From NCBI GenBank assembly GCA_964016885.1, contig OZ024741.1, positions 343,542,001 through 343,606,000 of the forward strand: a stretch of 64,000 bases of DNA, in the 5' to 3' direction. The translations under genes were made by a program, and so were the position numbers. Positions 13,652 through 26,092 of the stretch are shown here, piece after piece. Numbering within the stretch: position 1 is the first letter of the stretch; every line of letters starts with the position of its first letter. Below the pieces are notes generated by a model that saw nothing but the letters and a program-made list of their open reading frames with translations, did no database searches and had not been told where the DNA came from. Source of the DNA: Eledone cirrhosa. Its lineage: Eukaryota.

Positions 13652-14889
13652 GGCGGCTGAGATCATTAAATTGAAATCTGCCATAAACTCTAGGTCTGAT
13701 ATAATTATAAATTGTAGACACACCAGGTTGAACACATTCTCTGCACAAACATATTCGGCCGAGGGCCGCACACTAACCATGACTCAACGTAGTGATAACC
13801 ACCTTTGCCTTTCCACACCGTCCCTCATCTCAGTGCATTTGTCTTATATAACATGTAACCATTTGTAAGTTCAGATTTTGTAAATATCATGTCCCATCTA
13901 TCACCCCCACCATCGCCACCAACAAACACATCGCCATACATCCCTCATCTCAGTACCATTGTGTTCTATCTGCCTCTCTGTCAGGTTTTACTTTGTAAAC
14001 CATCGTAACATCCGATGCTGTAAATATAATATCGAACATATCACCGCGCCACTACCACCACCACCACCACCACCATACACATCGCTATACGTCCACCATC
14101 CCTCATTCAAAACCTTGTTTTCCCTGTGTTCCCTATGTCATTTTTTAACCTGTAATCCATCGTAAAATTCGATCCTGTTAATATTTTGTCGCACCCACCA
14201 CCACTGCCACTACCAGGCACATTTCCATACTACAACAATCATCAACATCACCAACACATATCATCCCTCCCAAAACAACGCACGTGTGTGTGTATGTATA
14301 CAACGTATTTGTCAGACTTAGTGTGTCTATGTATGTATCTCCTTATTGAAATTGACACCACCAACACATTCATCACAACACCATAAACACCGTTACCACA
14401 AACAATGCCTCACTCACACCACACCCAAAAGTCAGTCTCAGCTACATGCCAATCTGTCTACCGACAACTAGCACCCCCACACCAGCGCCCACTTCGGCCT
14501 GCGACCGTCACACCCATCTTAACACCCCGCCCCCACCCCCACATACACTACAGGCAAAAATATCCACCATTCAAAACAAACTTTATAGACCAACATATGA
14601 ACTGACTTTATCATACAGCATGTATTCATTTTCTACTAACATTACAAGGGGTCCGACGAGCCGCGGGTTACAGAGTCGGGTAAGATCGATACATATCGAA
14701 CCTTGAGCTGATCAGTGGCGAAACGCGCCTCACCAACCAATAAATGTAATGAAGGAGTAACCAATTGTCCTTGTTATCTTTTCACTATAATACATTCTGT
14801 CTAGCTCAATACCTCGTCACTGAAGTGAACCTAAACATCGAGTGCTCACCCGGGTGAACCTACAGTAACTCCAAGTTACACTCCCTGGA
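13652..14889 (+). mobile_element. Penelope-like element 3' remnant: end of endonuclease, repetitive 3' UTR, degenerate hammerhead, tail
   Basis: EIIKLKSAINSRSDIIINCRH resembles the LNxRSE..xCRH C-terminus of PLE GIY-YIG domains. Degenerate 120-160 bp repeats (CATCCCTCAT...TGTAA), a hammerhead-like motif at 14648-14734, AATAAA, and (TA)n at both ends. Confidence 0.55.
14648..14734 (+). ncRNA. Degenerate hammerhead-like motif
   Basis: CCGACGA-GCCGC...GTGGC-GAAA-CGCG-CC, with two core deviations (U4C, and U16.1 to C) and a weak stem I. Confidence 0.35.
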
Positions 14890-14894
14890 TATAT

Positions 14895-15358
14895 ATATAT
14901 ATATAGTGTATTTTGCAATACACTGTATGGTTAAAAGCATTTCGAAGACCTTACGCTATTGTTTTAGAGTAGTGACAGTCTCACTTACTTTAAATTTTCA
15001 GCAAACAGGGGAGATAAAGCTGACAGAGCTCTGTTTCGTACTGATTGGTACTTATCAAAGCCAAGTACTCCACCTGTTTGCTGAAAATAATGAATGTTTG
15101 ATTCTTATAGAATTCTAGTAATAATCAGGAACTGATTATACAGAGCGGTTGCCGGTCAAGCAGAAATTGAAAATTAGAATTGGTGCTCTGAAATAGCGAT
15201 ATAGATATGAATGTATATATAGTGTATTTTGCAATACACTATATGCTTAATTAAAAGCATCTCGAAGACATTACGCTATTGTTTTAGAGTAGTGACAGTC
15301 TCACTTTAAATTTTCAGATAAAGCTATCTTCCCTGTCACTACTCTAAAACAATAGCGG
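14895..15358. repeat. ~105 bp direct repeat plus a short inverted copy
   Basis: TATAGTGTATTTTGCAATACACT...AAATTTTCAG at ~14901-15001 and ~15217-15317. Inverted CTGTCACTACTCTAAAACAATAGCG at ~15333-15357. Confidence 0.8.
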
Positions 15359-15377
15359 ACATCTTTTATAATAATTA

Positions 15378-15735
15378 TCTATATCTATATGTACATATAA
15401 TATAAAAGATTGGAACTTCCATCATCCTTTTGAGAAACGTTGGACAACCACGTCTATGCAATGATACACGTTTTACAGTCTGGCATAAGATGCCATCTCC
15501 TAGAGGTCACTCTTCTAGGTGGGAGCACCCAGAATTGCTCATATACTATGCACAAACGGTACAGCGAAGAATCTGGTATATCTGGAAGATTTTTTTAACT
15601 GTTTTTTTGTATCACACAGACACCACGGACTCGCCTCATACTGTAACCAGACAAACATCCAATACAGTCATTTTCTCTTTTACCTGTCTTGTCTTATCAT
15701 CTATTTACCAGGGCGAAGCTGGGTACGTCAGCTAG
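15378..15735 (+). mobile_element. Non-autonomous Helitron
   Basis: 5' TCTATATCTATA...TATAAAA start, 3' CCAGGGCGAAGCTGGGTACGTCAGCTAG end (subterminal hairpin plus CTAG), inserted between A and T with no TSD. Confidence 0.65.
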
Positions 15736-15803
15736 TATATATAATAATAAATATATATATATATATGGATGTATACATACACACACAGACATACACATAC
15801 ACA

Positions 15804-15958
<155 letters not shown>

Positions 15959-16202
15959 AAAGTTTAGAAATTATTGTAGCAAGAAGCCAACAGTATTCCA
16001 TAATATATAAGTGACTATAGCGTCAAAATGGAAAAATAGTTAACGTAAGATGTGGGAAAATAATTCAAACACAATTGAAAAAGAATCAGGATATAGATTC
16101 ATCCTCAGAATTTGGTGAAATCCATGGAAAAATCAATAGAGCCTTAACTCAGAATAAAATAAAGTTTAAAATACTCATCCTTCAATTTGGAAAAACTACA
16201 AT

Positions 16203-16280
16203 GCTCTGTATAGTCTTAAAGACTATTTCACGAAACTTTCAGTTGGGATGGTCACGGTTGGAATCGATCATCAGCAGAGC
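16203..16280 (-). ncRNA. Type I hammerhead ribozyme
   Basis: GCUCUG-CUGAUGA-UCGA...UCGU-GAAA-UAGUC(UUUAA)GACUA-UA-CAGAGC: 6 bp stem I, 5 bp stem III, AUA triplet. Stem II is weak with a U-U closing pair. Confidence 0.7.
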
Positions 16281-16823
16281 TCAAAGACAGGATAACCAAA
16301 GGGCCACTGTTTATAATATGCCAAAAAGGGAATTTAAAAGCAGGCTAGTTCAACATCATGCGTAATCATGAAGAAAAACGCACATGTAGGGACAGGGCTA
16401 GTGACGTCAGAATGAGACGAATGTCTGTTTACATGAAACAACAGTCAAAAACATTCCGAAAAAAACTCTTTGTAAGTGTAAGTATATGTGTGTCGTGTGT
16501 GTTAATGAGCATATGTTTACATTCTCTCAGCGCGAAGATTTCTACAAATTCTACATCTTATTTCTTCAATATTTGTTGTTTGTATGTCTATAGAATAAAG
16601 TCGTGAAGTGAGAATAATTTCCTTTTGCGATAAATAAAATAATGGTGACTGAATCATGAGGATTCATTTTGGAATCAACAATGCTAGTAGAAATATAGAA
16701 GAATCGAATGAGGAAAAAATAACGTCCATATATTATCAAAGCAATTAGTAGGCACAAACTCCATTTAGATGTGAAGAGTACATACTGCAAGTGGTTCTAT
16801 TGTCCGACACTAACCAGTGTAAG

Positions 16824-16890
<67 letters not shown>

Positions 16891-17167
16891 CATATATATT
16901 TACATATATATATATGTGTTTATGAGTGTATATATGTGTGTGTTTGTTTTTCTAACCAATCAATACTGAGGTGAGTACAATTGTGTCTCTACTTCACCAA
17001 TATAAGCATTATAAAATAATATTAGTCTTAGACTAATATTGTGTTTACCTGACTAAATAAATTATTTCTAGTTACATACTTAATGCTCCCTGCATTAAAC
17101 ATTTTAATATCATCATAAGTACAAAATTGTTCCTGCAAATGGCGTCTTTATGTAATATCAATCATAA

Positions 17168-17268
17168 TAATTGTTTCTACTTTTGACACAAGGCCAGCAA
17201 TTACCCAATGCATTACTGGTACTTTATTCTATCGACCCCGGAAGGATGAAAGGCAAAGTTAACCTCGC
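17168..17268 (-). mobile_element. 5'-truncated Deu/Nin-type SINE with TSD
   Basis: Core TTTGCCTTTCATCCTT.CGGGGTCGATA. TSD TAATATCAATCATAATAA at 17153-17170 and 17270-17287. Confidence 0.85.
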
Positions 17269-17302
17269 CTAATATCAATCATAATAATACGCCTTAGTAA
17301 TA

Positions 17303-17460
17303 ATAATTGTTTCTCATATAGGCACTAGGCCAGCAATTTTGGGGGGAGGGGAAAGTCGATTAAATCGACCCCAGTGCATTGGTGGTGCTTTATTTATTCG
17401 ACCCCGTATGGATGAAAGGCAAAGCTAACCTCGGCGGGATTTGAAATTAGAACGCGGGCG
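17303..17460 (-). mobile_element. Deu/Nin-type SINE, longer subfamily, partial
   Basis: Same core and tail, with an extra GGGTCGATTTAATCGACTTT segment. Confidence 0.8.
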
Positions 17461-17463
17461 CAC

Positions 17464-19270
17464 TTAAAACAGTAATGGGTGAGTTTGGAAAAAAGCGAGA
17501 AGTGACGAGGTCAGAAGAGAGGATACGGAAGGCACGGAGGATATGTCGCCGGAGTGGTAGGGTGATGGAGTGGTAGGTGAGAAGGAAAGGAAGACGGATG
17601 TTGGGAAGGCGTTATTGAGGTGAGAGGGCTGTGGTGCGGTCTGTTTCACGGGCGCGGGTGAGAACAGCTTGGATCAGGGTGGGGGCATATCCACGCTGGA
17701 TGAAGCAGGAAGCCATGGGAAGGGAATGCGTTTCGAAATCGTCGTCCTTGCTACAGAGTCGACGAAGACGGAGGAATTGGGAATAGGGTATGGTGTGTTT
17801 GGTGTAGGTTGGATGGGTGGAGGTGAAGTCGAGGTAAGATTGCGAGTCTGTTGGTTTAATGAATACGGAAGTAGAGAGGGTGTGATGAGAGTGATTAATA
17901 GATAGAGAGATATCAAGAAAAGCGACACAAGAATCTGAGACGGAGGTGGTGAAATTGAGAGCAGTTCTAAATCTAAAAAATGTTGGAGAACGTGGAGGCC
18001 GTCATCATGAGGGATGAGGGTATAGAGAGAGGTGATGTCCAGAGTAAAGAGAAGGTGGAAGGGACCAGGAGGGAAGGAGAAAGAGTTGTAGAGTCTGAGG
18101 GCATGATTTTTATCATGGATAATGCGGGAGGGGAGATTGCCGACCAACGGAGCGTGGATGGTGTCTAAATATTCAGAAATTATCTCGGTGGGGAACTTGC
18201 ACGCAGAAACGATAGCACGGCCAGGATTATTTTGTTTGTGTATTTTTTTTTGGGGGGGGGGAGTAGATGGTGGGTGTGCGAGGGTGCATGCAATAAGGTT
18301 GGTGGCTCTGGGGTTATAGGAGAGAGGAGGAGATGAGCTCGTGGATGGTGGAGGACACGAGTTGTTGGTAACCAGGAGTGGGGTCCGAGGATAAAGAGCG
18401 GTAAAAAAGGGTATTGTGAAGGTGGCGGAGAGCCTCAGCCCTATAGAGGTCAGCGCTCCAAACCACCACAGAGCCACCTTTGTCAGCGGGTTTGATGACA
18501 CTGTCATCATGACGCCGAAGGTTGCGAAGAGCGGAGATCCCAGTCCGCATGATGTTAGAGCGACGAGAATGCTGGTGGAAACGGAACCGATTCACAGTAC
18601 GCCGGCAAGTATCGACAAAGGAGTCGAGGCCGCTGAACTGGCCAGAGCTCGGGTTCCAATGTGATTGCCGGCGACTGAGACGAGTGAAGTCATCCATCCA
18701 TATCGATGATGGCGTGTCGTGAAAAAAAGCTTTCAACTTTAATCGACGGAAGAACCCTTCAATCTCGGAACGGGTGCGGAACTCGTCGCAGGTAGATGTG
18801 GTTGGTATAAAACGCAAACCACGAGCGAGGAGGGGGCGCACAGCTTCGGAGAGTGGTAGGTCCTGGGGTATGGTGACTACTGTGCAGGGACGTGAGGTAG
18901 TTAAAGAGGCAGAGGCGGAGGGGTCAGGGTGGTTGGGCAAAGCGTGTGCAGTTTCAGTGGTGGGGAGAGGAAAGGGGGGGGGTAGGTGATGGGATAGATG
19001 GGTTAGGGTTGGAGGTGATATAAGTATGGGTGGTGACGGCAGGCGGGGAGCGGAGAGAGTTGAGTTTATGTTTTTTACGGAAGTGAGGAAATTGAAAAGG
19101 AGGCGATTGAGGTAAAGGATGAATTGGATAATGGTTTGGGCGAGGAAAGGATGGCAAGTGAAGGAGAGATGGAGGTAGGCCTTGGGGAGATCTCGGTCGA
19201 GAGAACGGATTTGGGCGAGAGTTGATCGAATGGTCGCGCGCATGAGCTGGCGAGAGGAGCGCCTAAGGAT
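17464..19270 (-). mobile_element. Penelope-like retroelement ORF remnant (RT)
   Basis: LLARGLRFIPT, FFRRLKLKAFF, VIKPADKGGSVVVW, PGRAIVS and LFTLDITSLYTLIPH motifs. An internal deletion is followed by the thumb KPTDSQSYLDFTSTHP..IPYSQFLRLRRLCS in another frame. Confidence 0.9.
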
Positions 19271-19646
19271 GGACTAAATTAGATTTTTAGCATGGTAATA
19301 AATAGCCTAACTTTTCAAGGGTATGTATATATATATATATATACTTTGGTTTGCATATCTGTCTGTCGAAATGTATAATTTTCTGTAGAATCTGGTACAA
19401 TTATATCCCGTTAAATCTGCAAGTAATTGTTGAAATTTGCCAAATAGATTTATCGTATTAAAATGCTGAATTGCACTAATATTTCACATGTTTCATATTT
19501 TGTTTTGTGAGGGAAGTATCTATATTGCTAGTATTATTGAAGATTCTGACCACACATGTAAAAAAAAATCTACATTTTTTAGCACTGAGCTGAATATGTT
19601 CACGAATGTATAATATATAGATGATTTAAAATTAATATTTCAGAAA

Positions 19647-19838
19647 ATAATTGTTTCTACTTTTGGTACAAGGTCAGCAATCACCCAGTGCATTACAGGT
19701 ACTTTATTTTATCGACGCCGTAAGGATGAAAGGCAAAGTTAACCGCGGGGGGATTTGAACGTAGAATGGCAAGGGCCGTTACTATATGCGTCAAAGCATG
19801 GCGTCCGACCCTCTACCGATACTGCCAATCCACCGCCC
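19647..19838 (-). mobile_element. Full-length tRNA-derived Deu/Nin-type SINE with TSD
   Basis: A box TGGCAGTATCGG, B box GTTCAAATCC and the Deu/Nin core. TSD TTTCAGAAAATAAT at 19638-19651 and 19839-19852. Confidence 0.9.
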
Positions 19839-19855
19839 TTTCAGAAAATAATAAT

Positions 19856-19986
19856 AATAAACATATGAAACAATCACAGGGGATAATCTGTAAAAGTGTG
19901 TAAGCACACACAGCTATGTGGGTAACATAGCTCTGTGTGCTTACACACTTTTACAAATTATTCCGTCATTGCTTCATATGTTTATT
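19856..19986. repeat. ~130 bp near-perfect palindrome (fold-back)
   Basis: AATAAACATATGAA...TGTAAAAGTGTGTAAGCACACACAGCTATGT, loop, ACATAGCTCTGTGTGCTTACACACTTTTACA...TTCATATGTTTATT. Confidence 0.9.
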
Positions 19987-20159
19987 TTAGATATATATAT
20001 GTCAATCAATTTCTAGTTGATATAAAATGCTCGGATCTATTCATTGGAATCTTGGAGCATATTTTACAGTGGATATGGCGCATGTCTCTCTGACATGACA
20101 CCCTTAATTTAATTTAAATGTTGTATATATATAAATATATATAGATACATACATACATA

Positions 20160-21012
20160 AAATACAATCTGTTGAAAAGGTAACACACTAGAGAGAGATA
20201 GTGCGCCATCAATAAAACAGGGAAAACCACCAGTGTAAGGAGTCTATAATCTATGGAAGGCAGGGTAGACACACAATAATTAAAAATAAATATTAAAATG
20301 TATATACGCACCTCTATAACTATATAACACACGCGTACAAATCCAAAGACATCTGTTTCGCCAGGAAGTTGTTGACTGAAATGGAATCGCCTATGACTCA
20401 TCAGCGCGTGCAAGACTATACATTTCAGACAACTCTAAGAGAATCTAAAGGGACCGTCCAGCTACACGCGGCAGAGAGATGTCACAGCGTGTTTAGGGCA
20501 GTGAACCGGTGGTGTCTGGGGGACGAGCTGCTAGAAAGGGCATCCCAAAAACCACTCGAAGTGTGCTCAACCAAACAGAGAGATAGGAAAGATTGTTATA
20601 AGGAGCGAAATATCACGATAAATTAACGGAGCCATAGACTCTCGTTATTCCCTGTCAATAATGTGCTCAAAAGAAAAGGAATCCTGAGCTCTTTAAAATA
20701 CAATATGTTGAGGAAAGGTAACACACTAGAGAGAGATAGTGCGCCATCACTAAAACAGGGAAAACCATCAGTCAATGGAATCTATAATCTATGGAAGGCA
20801 GGGTAGACACACAATAATTAAAAATATAAATTAAAATGTATATACGCACCTCTATAACTATATAACACACGCGTACAAATCCAAAGAGATCTGTTTCGCC
20901 AGGAAGTTGTTGACTGAAATGTATTTTAAAGAGTTCAGGATTCCTTTTCCTTTGAGCACATTATTGACAGGGAATAACGAGAGTCTATGGCTCCGTTAAT
21001 TTATCGTGATAT
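20160..21012 (-). mobile_element. Non-autonomous mini-PLE: partial tandem pseudo-LTRs with inverted tail
   Basis: Direct repeat 20160-20383 / 20696-20921 (~540 bp period), inverted repeat 20609-20701 / 20921-21012, hammerhead in the complete repeat. Confidence 0.75.
20330..20410 (-). ncRNA. Canonical type I hammerhead ribozyme
   Basis: CACGCG-CUGAUGA-GUCA...UGGC-GAAA-CAGAU(8 nt)AUUUG-UA-CGCGUG: intact core, 6 bp stem I, 5 bp stem III, GUA triplet. Confidence 0.85.
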
Positions 21013-21027
21013 ATATATATATTTCAT

Positions 21028-21264
21028 TTCAGAACAAAGGAGAGGCACAAAACAAAGAAAAGAATCCCCAGTCACTGAAGAGGTCACAGAATGTGTGACG
21101 AAAGAACTATGACTATATATGAACAACCGTCCGGTTGTGGAACCAACCAACCAACCAACCGGAAATTTATAAATTTTTAAATTTATATTTTAATTTATAA
21201 TAAATTGGAGTGAAAGCAACTGGTGCGTGTGTTTCTTATTGGCAACATGACATTCCGAAAGCAT

Positions 21265-21272
<8 letters not shown>
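21028..21272 (+). mobile_element. PLE pseudo-LTR fragment in (TA)n
   Basis: Inverted homologue of 24806-25042. Contains a hammerhead and ends GGCAACATGAC...AACAATAT into (TA)n. Confidence 0.75.
21070..21114 (+). ncRNA. Minimal type I hammerhead ribozyme
   Basis: AGUCA-CUGAAGA-G-GUCAC(7 nt)GUGAC-GAAA-GAAC-UA-UGACU, with 5 bp stems I and II and a vestigial stem III. Confidence 0.75.
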
Positions 21273-21307
<35 letters not shown>

Positions 21308-21381
21308 TTTGAGATATACATTATCCTTATCAAGCCCTCTTCGGATTTTAGTCTTCACATTTATTATTATTACTATATATA

Positions 21382-21413
<32 letters not shown>

Positions 21414-21813
21414 CTTATTTATATATATGTGTGTGTGTTTGTTTAGATACATAGATATAAAGGGAGAAAAGTGAGTTAGAGTCAAGGTAGAGACACATAG
21501 GGGCCAACAAGTAAAGTAAGAGATTGTAAAACGAAGAGAGAGAGAGAGCGGGGGGGGGGATGTTGGTGGGAAAAGACTTTTTATGATTAAAGGAAAGCAG
21601 ATTAATTTGCTATGAAATCCGTTACAAGAACATGACCTATTGAGAAGACCTACACGTGCATGAAGTTGTGACTGTATGTATATATAAATATAAGTTTATA
21701 CGACATACACATATATGTATAAGGTTATATGTATATACTCTGCACACATGCACATATACAAATATACATTTACATACATACATACATACATGTATATACA
21801 TACATACATATAT

Positions 21814-21870
<57 letters not shown>

Positions 21871-21985
21871 CATAGATGTATGTATCATTGTGTATGCATT
21901 CAGTCGTATTTACTATTATATATAGTTTTTGTCAGTAGGTCAAATACACATTTATAGACACACATATGTATACACAATGATTCAT

Positions 21986-22096
<111 letters not shown>

Positions 22097-23264
22097 CGTG
22101 TGTGTGCGCGTGTGTGTGTGTGTGTGTGTTTAAAGGACTGCTTCTATGTATGTGTAGAGGTACGTACGGAGGCATACATATATATAGGCGATCATTGTTT
22201 TATTGTTTACTATTGATTATAACTATCAGTCTGATTCAAGCTTGCAGCTGATGTAGTCAAAGAAAAATCTGGAAGACTAATTTCATTAGATAGAAACACA
22301 AGATTTTTGTTTCTTACTCTTATTTTTCTGAGAACTTTAGAAATTAGGCTCCTAACGCCTTATCGACACACGCAGGTCTAGAAGTTGATGCTTTCTATGG
22401 AAGAGCGATTTTAACGAATAGGGAAATAAAATAGAGTTCAGTAAAAATGGGTCATTGTTGATTTTATATTATCAATTCTGTTTTCATCTAACTAGAAGTT
22501 TGAGCTGTTATCGTTGATTTTATTATACAACTGGGCCAAATTTCATCTACTTTTGTATTGGAATATATTATATAATATATCCTTTCCTAAAAATTTAGTA
22601 CAAATTGAGGATAATTTGGCTGCTATTTTTAACGTGTCGTACCAACAAGTACTCTGTTGTTTACTTATTTCACCGAATCTCCACAATTTTCTTTTACCAA
22701 ATTTTACTTACAAGGTTTTGTTGGACTCAATACTATCGTAGAAGATATGTTTTCGAAGTTGTCGCACAATCGGATAAAATCTAGAGCCATTTTGGTGCCG
22801 AAGCAAATTTCATTACCAGCCGAACTATGCCTGGATTATTGAAGAACGTTACAGTGGGCCAACAAATTGATATATGTGTCGAGTAGATTTACTTAGTTGT
22901 CTCTTAGACTAGACCGAACAGATAATCAAACGTATTCTAGGCATAACCATATTTTTCCTATGCACAGGAAACCCATTCTCAAGTGCTCTTTCAGATCACA
23001 TGATCTAATATAGGGAGCTGTTTAAGGGTGCCTTGGTTAATACTCTTAACAGGTTGAATGATCATGTAGAGGATTCCTCTGCACCTGGTGGGTTTGGTTG
23101 AATGTTGTATATAGCTATCTAATTCTAGTAGGATAAGTAGTTCTAAAACGATTTCTTTATTAACCAAAAGCGCCAAAATAATTAAGAGCAACACAAATAT
23201 AAGGGGACAATGGGGAATTATATAAAAAGGGTAAGCAATAAAGGGTAACGAAGTGACATTAAAT

Positions 23265-23520
23265 TAATTGTTTCTACTTTTGGCACAAGAGCAGCTATTT
23301 GAATGGAAGGGAAAAGTCGATTAAATCGACACCAGTTCGTTACTGGTACTATATTTTATCGACCCCGTAAGGACGAAAGGCACTGTTAACTTCGGCAACA
23401 CCAGTTCGTTACTGGTACTATATTTTATCGACCCGGTAAGGATGAAAGGCACAGTTAACTTCGGCAGGATTTGAGCTCGGAACGTAAAGAGACGTAGTTA
23501 TCTGACGCAAAGAATATAGT
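23265..23520 (-). mobile_element. Deu/Nin-type SINE with ~70 bp internal tandem duplication
   Basis: ACACCAGTTCGTTACTGGTACT...GTTAACTTCGGCA occurs twice (~23329-23397 and ~23398-23466). Confidence 0.8.
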
Positions 23521-23524
23521 GTCT

Positions 23525-23643
23525 CTGTGATAAAGGTATGTACTACATACCTGTGATAATGGTATGTACTACATACCTGTGATAATGGTATGTACTACAT
23601 ACCTGTGGTAAAGGTATGTAGTACCTGTGACAAAGGTATGTAG
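23525..23643. repeat. 26 bp minisatellite
   Basis: About 4.5 copies of CTGTGATAA(A/T)GGTATGTACTACATAC. Confidence 0.9.
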
Positions 23644-23894
23644 AAAACAATTGATCAAACTTTCTGAGACACTCAATGTTTCATTCTTTTCCTATTTTCA
23701 GAAACATACTCGTAGGTTCACCTTATTGGGAGAAATTCTAAATTTGGGGATACATTATTATATGATATTTGATTGAAATATATCAAGTGTTAAACAAATA
23801 CAAAATACTTCGTCAACGTACTGTACTGTTTGCTTTAACGTTTCGTACACACACACAGACACAGACACAGACACAGACACCGACACAGACACAA

Positions 23895-23997
<103 letters not shown>

Positions 23998-24084
23998 CGG
24001 CAACTTCTTTTTACGTTTTTTAAGTGTCTTTGTCTAATCTTATAAGTTATCTAATAGTTTCTATGCGCTTGAGCACATCATCTT

Positions 24085-24117
<33 letters not shown>

Positions 24118-24133
24118 GTGTGTGTATGTATAC

Positions 24134-24166
<33 letters not shown>

Positions 24167-24232
24167 TGTATATATATATATATGTATATGTATAAATATA
24201 TATTTATATAAATATGTATATAAATGTATATG

Positions 24233-24281
<49 letters not shown>

Positions 24282-24620
24282 ATGTGCGTGTGTGTGTGTG
24301 TGTGTGTGTGCGCGCGTCTGTATATATATATATACATATATATATACTTAGTGAGCGAGTGAAAACAAAGATATTGACGGTTAGTTTGATCGATACAGAA
24401 AGATAAGCTCAAACAAAGAGAGGTGCAAGCAAGGAGAAAGAGAATGCTAGTGTGTCTTGAGACTATGTGTATACCTGATATAACATACCTGTAAAAAAGT
24501 TTTCTATCTTTCTAGAATCTCTCTGGTTGCTACTGCTGATTCATCAAAAAAATCTTATCTCTTTGTTCACCCGCCAGCAAGATGTCCCTCAATGAGGTGT
24601 ACGTATGTAAGTGTATATGT

Positions 24621-24693
<73 letters not shown>

Positions 24694-24768
24694 TACATAT
24701 TTCTCTCTCTATCTCTTTCTCTCACTCTCTTTCTCTCTCTCTTTCTTTCTCTCTCTCTCTATATATAT

Positions 24769-24799
<31 letters not shown>

Positions 24800-24805
24800 G
24801 TATAT

Positions 24806-25620
24806 ATATTGTTATACTTTGCGAGGGTCATGTTGCCAATAAGAAACACACGCACCAGTTGCTTTGACTCCAATTTATTATAAATTAAATTTATAAATTT
24901 AAGAATTTATAAATTTCCGGTTGGTTGGTTCCACAACCAGACGGTTGTTAATACATTGTCAAAGTTCTTTCGTCACACATGCGGTGACCTCATCAGTGTC
25001 CGAGGATTCTTTTCTTTGTTTTGTGCCTCTCCTTTGTTCTGTCCTACAAGATCTTGTTTTTGTGTGTGTCGTGTGCTTAGTTTGCGCATGTGTTACATCC
25101 GGGTGTCTGTGTGTGTTTTTATTTGTTTATTTATTTGTTTATTTGCATGTTACTAGTTGGTTGTTCTATGTGTATGTGATTTCATTTTGTCCTTAATTGT
25201 AAGTTGTGATGTTGCTATTCCATTCATGTTTTATATTTAATTTTGGTTGGAGTTCATTTATGCTCATTGTCTCTGTGATTTGTCTTTTCTAACATTATGT
25301 CTTTTCTGTGTGTAGATTTCATTTTTGTTTCTATGTTCTCTAATGTGCCCTTATGTTCTATTTTCGCATGTTGGTGGAGTACTGATGATTCTTTTCTATC
25401 TTGAAGCTCTCGCCAGTGTTCATTTAATCGTTCTCCTATACTACGAACTGTCTCACCTATGTACACTATATTCTTATTTTTACATTGTCCCTCAGTACAT
25501 CTTATGCTATATACTATGTTTCTAGTTTTGCAGTTAATATGACTCCCCAAAGTATAACAATATCAGTTTCAACACACGTTTTTAGATAAAGAATCTTGCT
25601 AAACAAATTCAGAAACGGAA
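24806..25620 (-). mobile_element. Penelope-like element 3' part: GIY-YIG remnant, pseudo-LTR, inverted tail
   Basis: ORF 25550-25254 [14 protein letters not shown]...C...VYIGETVRSIGERLNEH (GIY-YIG), hammerhead at 24957-25001, (TA)n on both sides. Confidence 0.85.
24957..25001 (-). ncRNA. Minimal hammerhead ribozyme (same family as 21070)
   Basis: GGACA-CUGAUGA-G-GUCAC(7 nt)GUGAC-GAAA-GAAC-UU-UGACA, with stem I partly mutated. Confidence 0.6.
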
Positions 25621-25629
25621 TATATATAC

Positions 25630-25682
<53 letters not shown>

Positions 25683-25966
25683 CATACATATATATACATA
25701 TATATACATACATTTATATATATATGTATATATATATATATGTATATATATATGCATAGAAGAAGTTAATATGCCCGTGGGTACTAAGTACCCCTGGAAA
25801 TATATAGGTTGTCTATGATTTAAGGTTTTTCCATGGTATTAATTTGACATACCAGAACTATAATATTAAGATGTTCTGCTTATCTTAATATATATATGCA
25901 TATATATATATGTATGTATATATGTATATATATATATACTGATTCATATATGCGTGTGTGTGTGTT

Positions 25967-26006
<40 letters not shown>

Positions 26007-26034
26007 AATGAACGCTCACATACTCAAACAGTTT

Positions 26035-26092
26035 TTATTTGCTTACGATGTTTCATCCATACCGTTGGGTAGGAATCATCAGAGCTTAATAA
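26035..26092 (-). ncRNA. Hammerhead-like motif
   Basis: UUAUUAAGCU-CUGAUGA-UUCCUACC(CAAC)GGUAUGGAU-GAAA-CAUCG-UA-AGCAAAUAA. Confidence 0.6.

Noticed and set aside
23525-23643. CRISPR-like palindromic repeats
   Set aside because: No unique spacers, eukaryotic context and no cas genes. It is a minisatellite.
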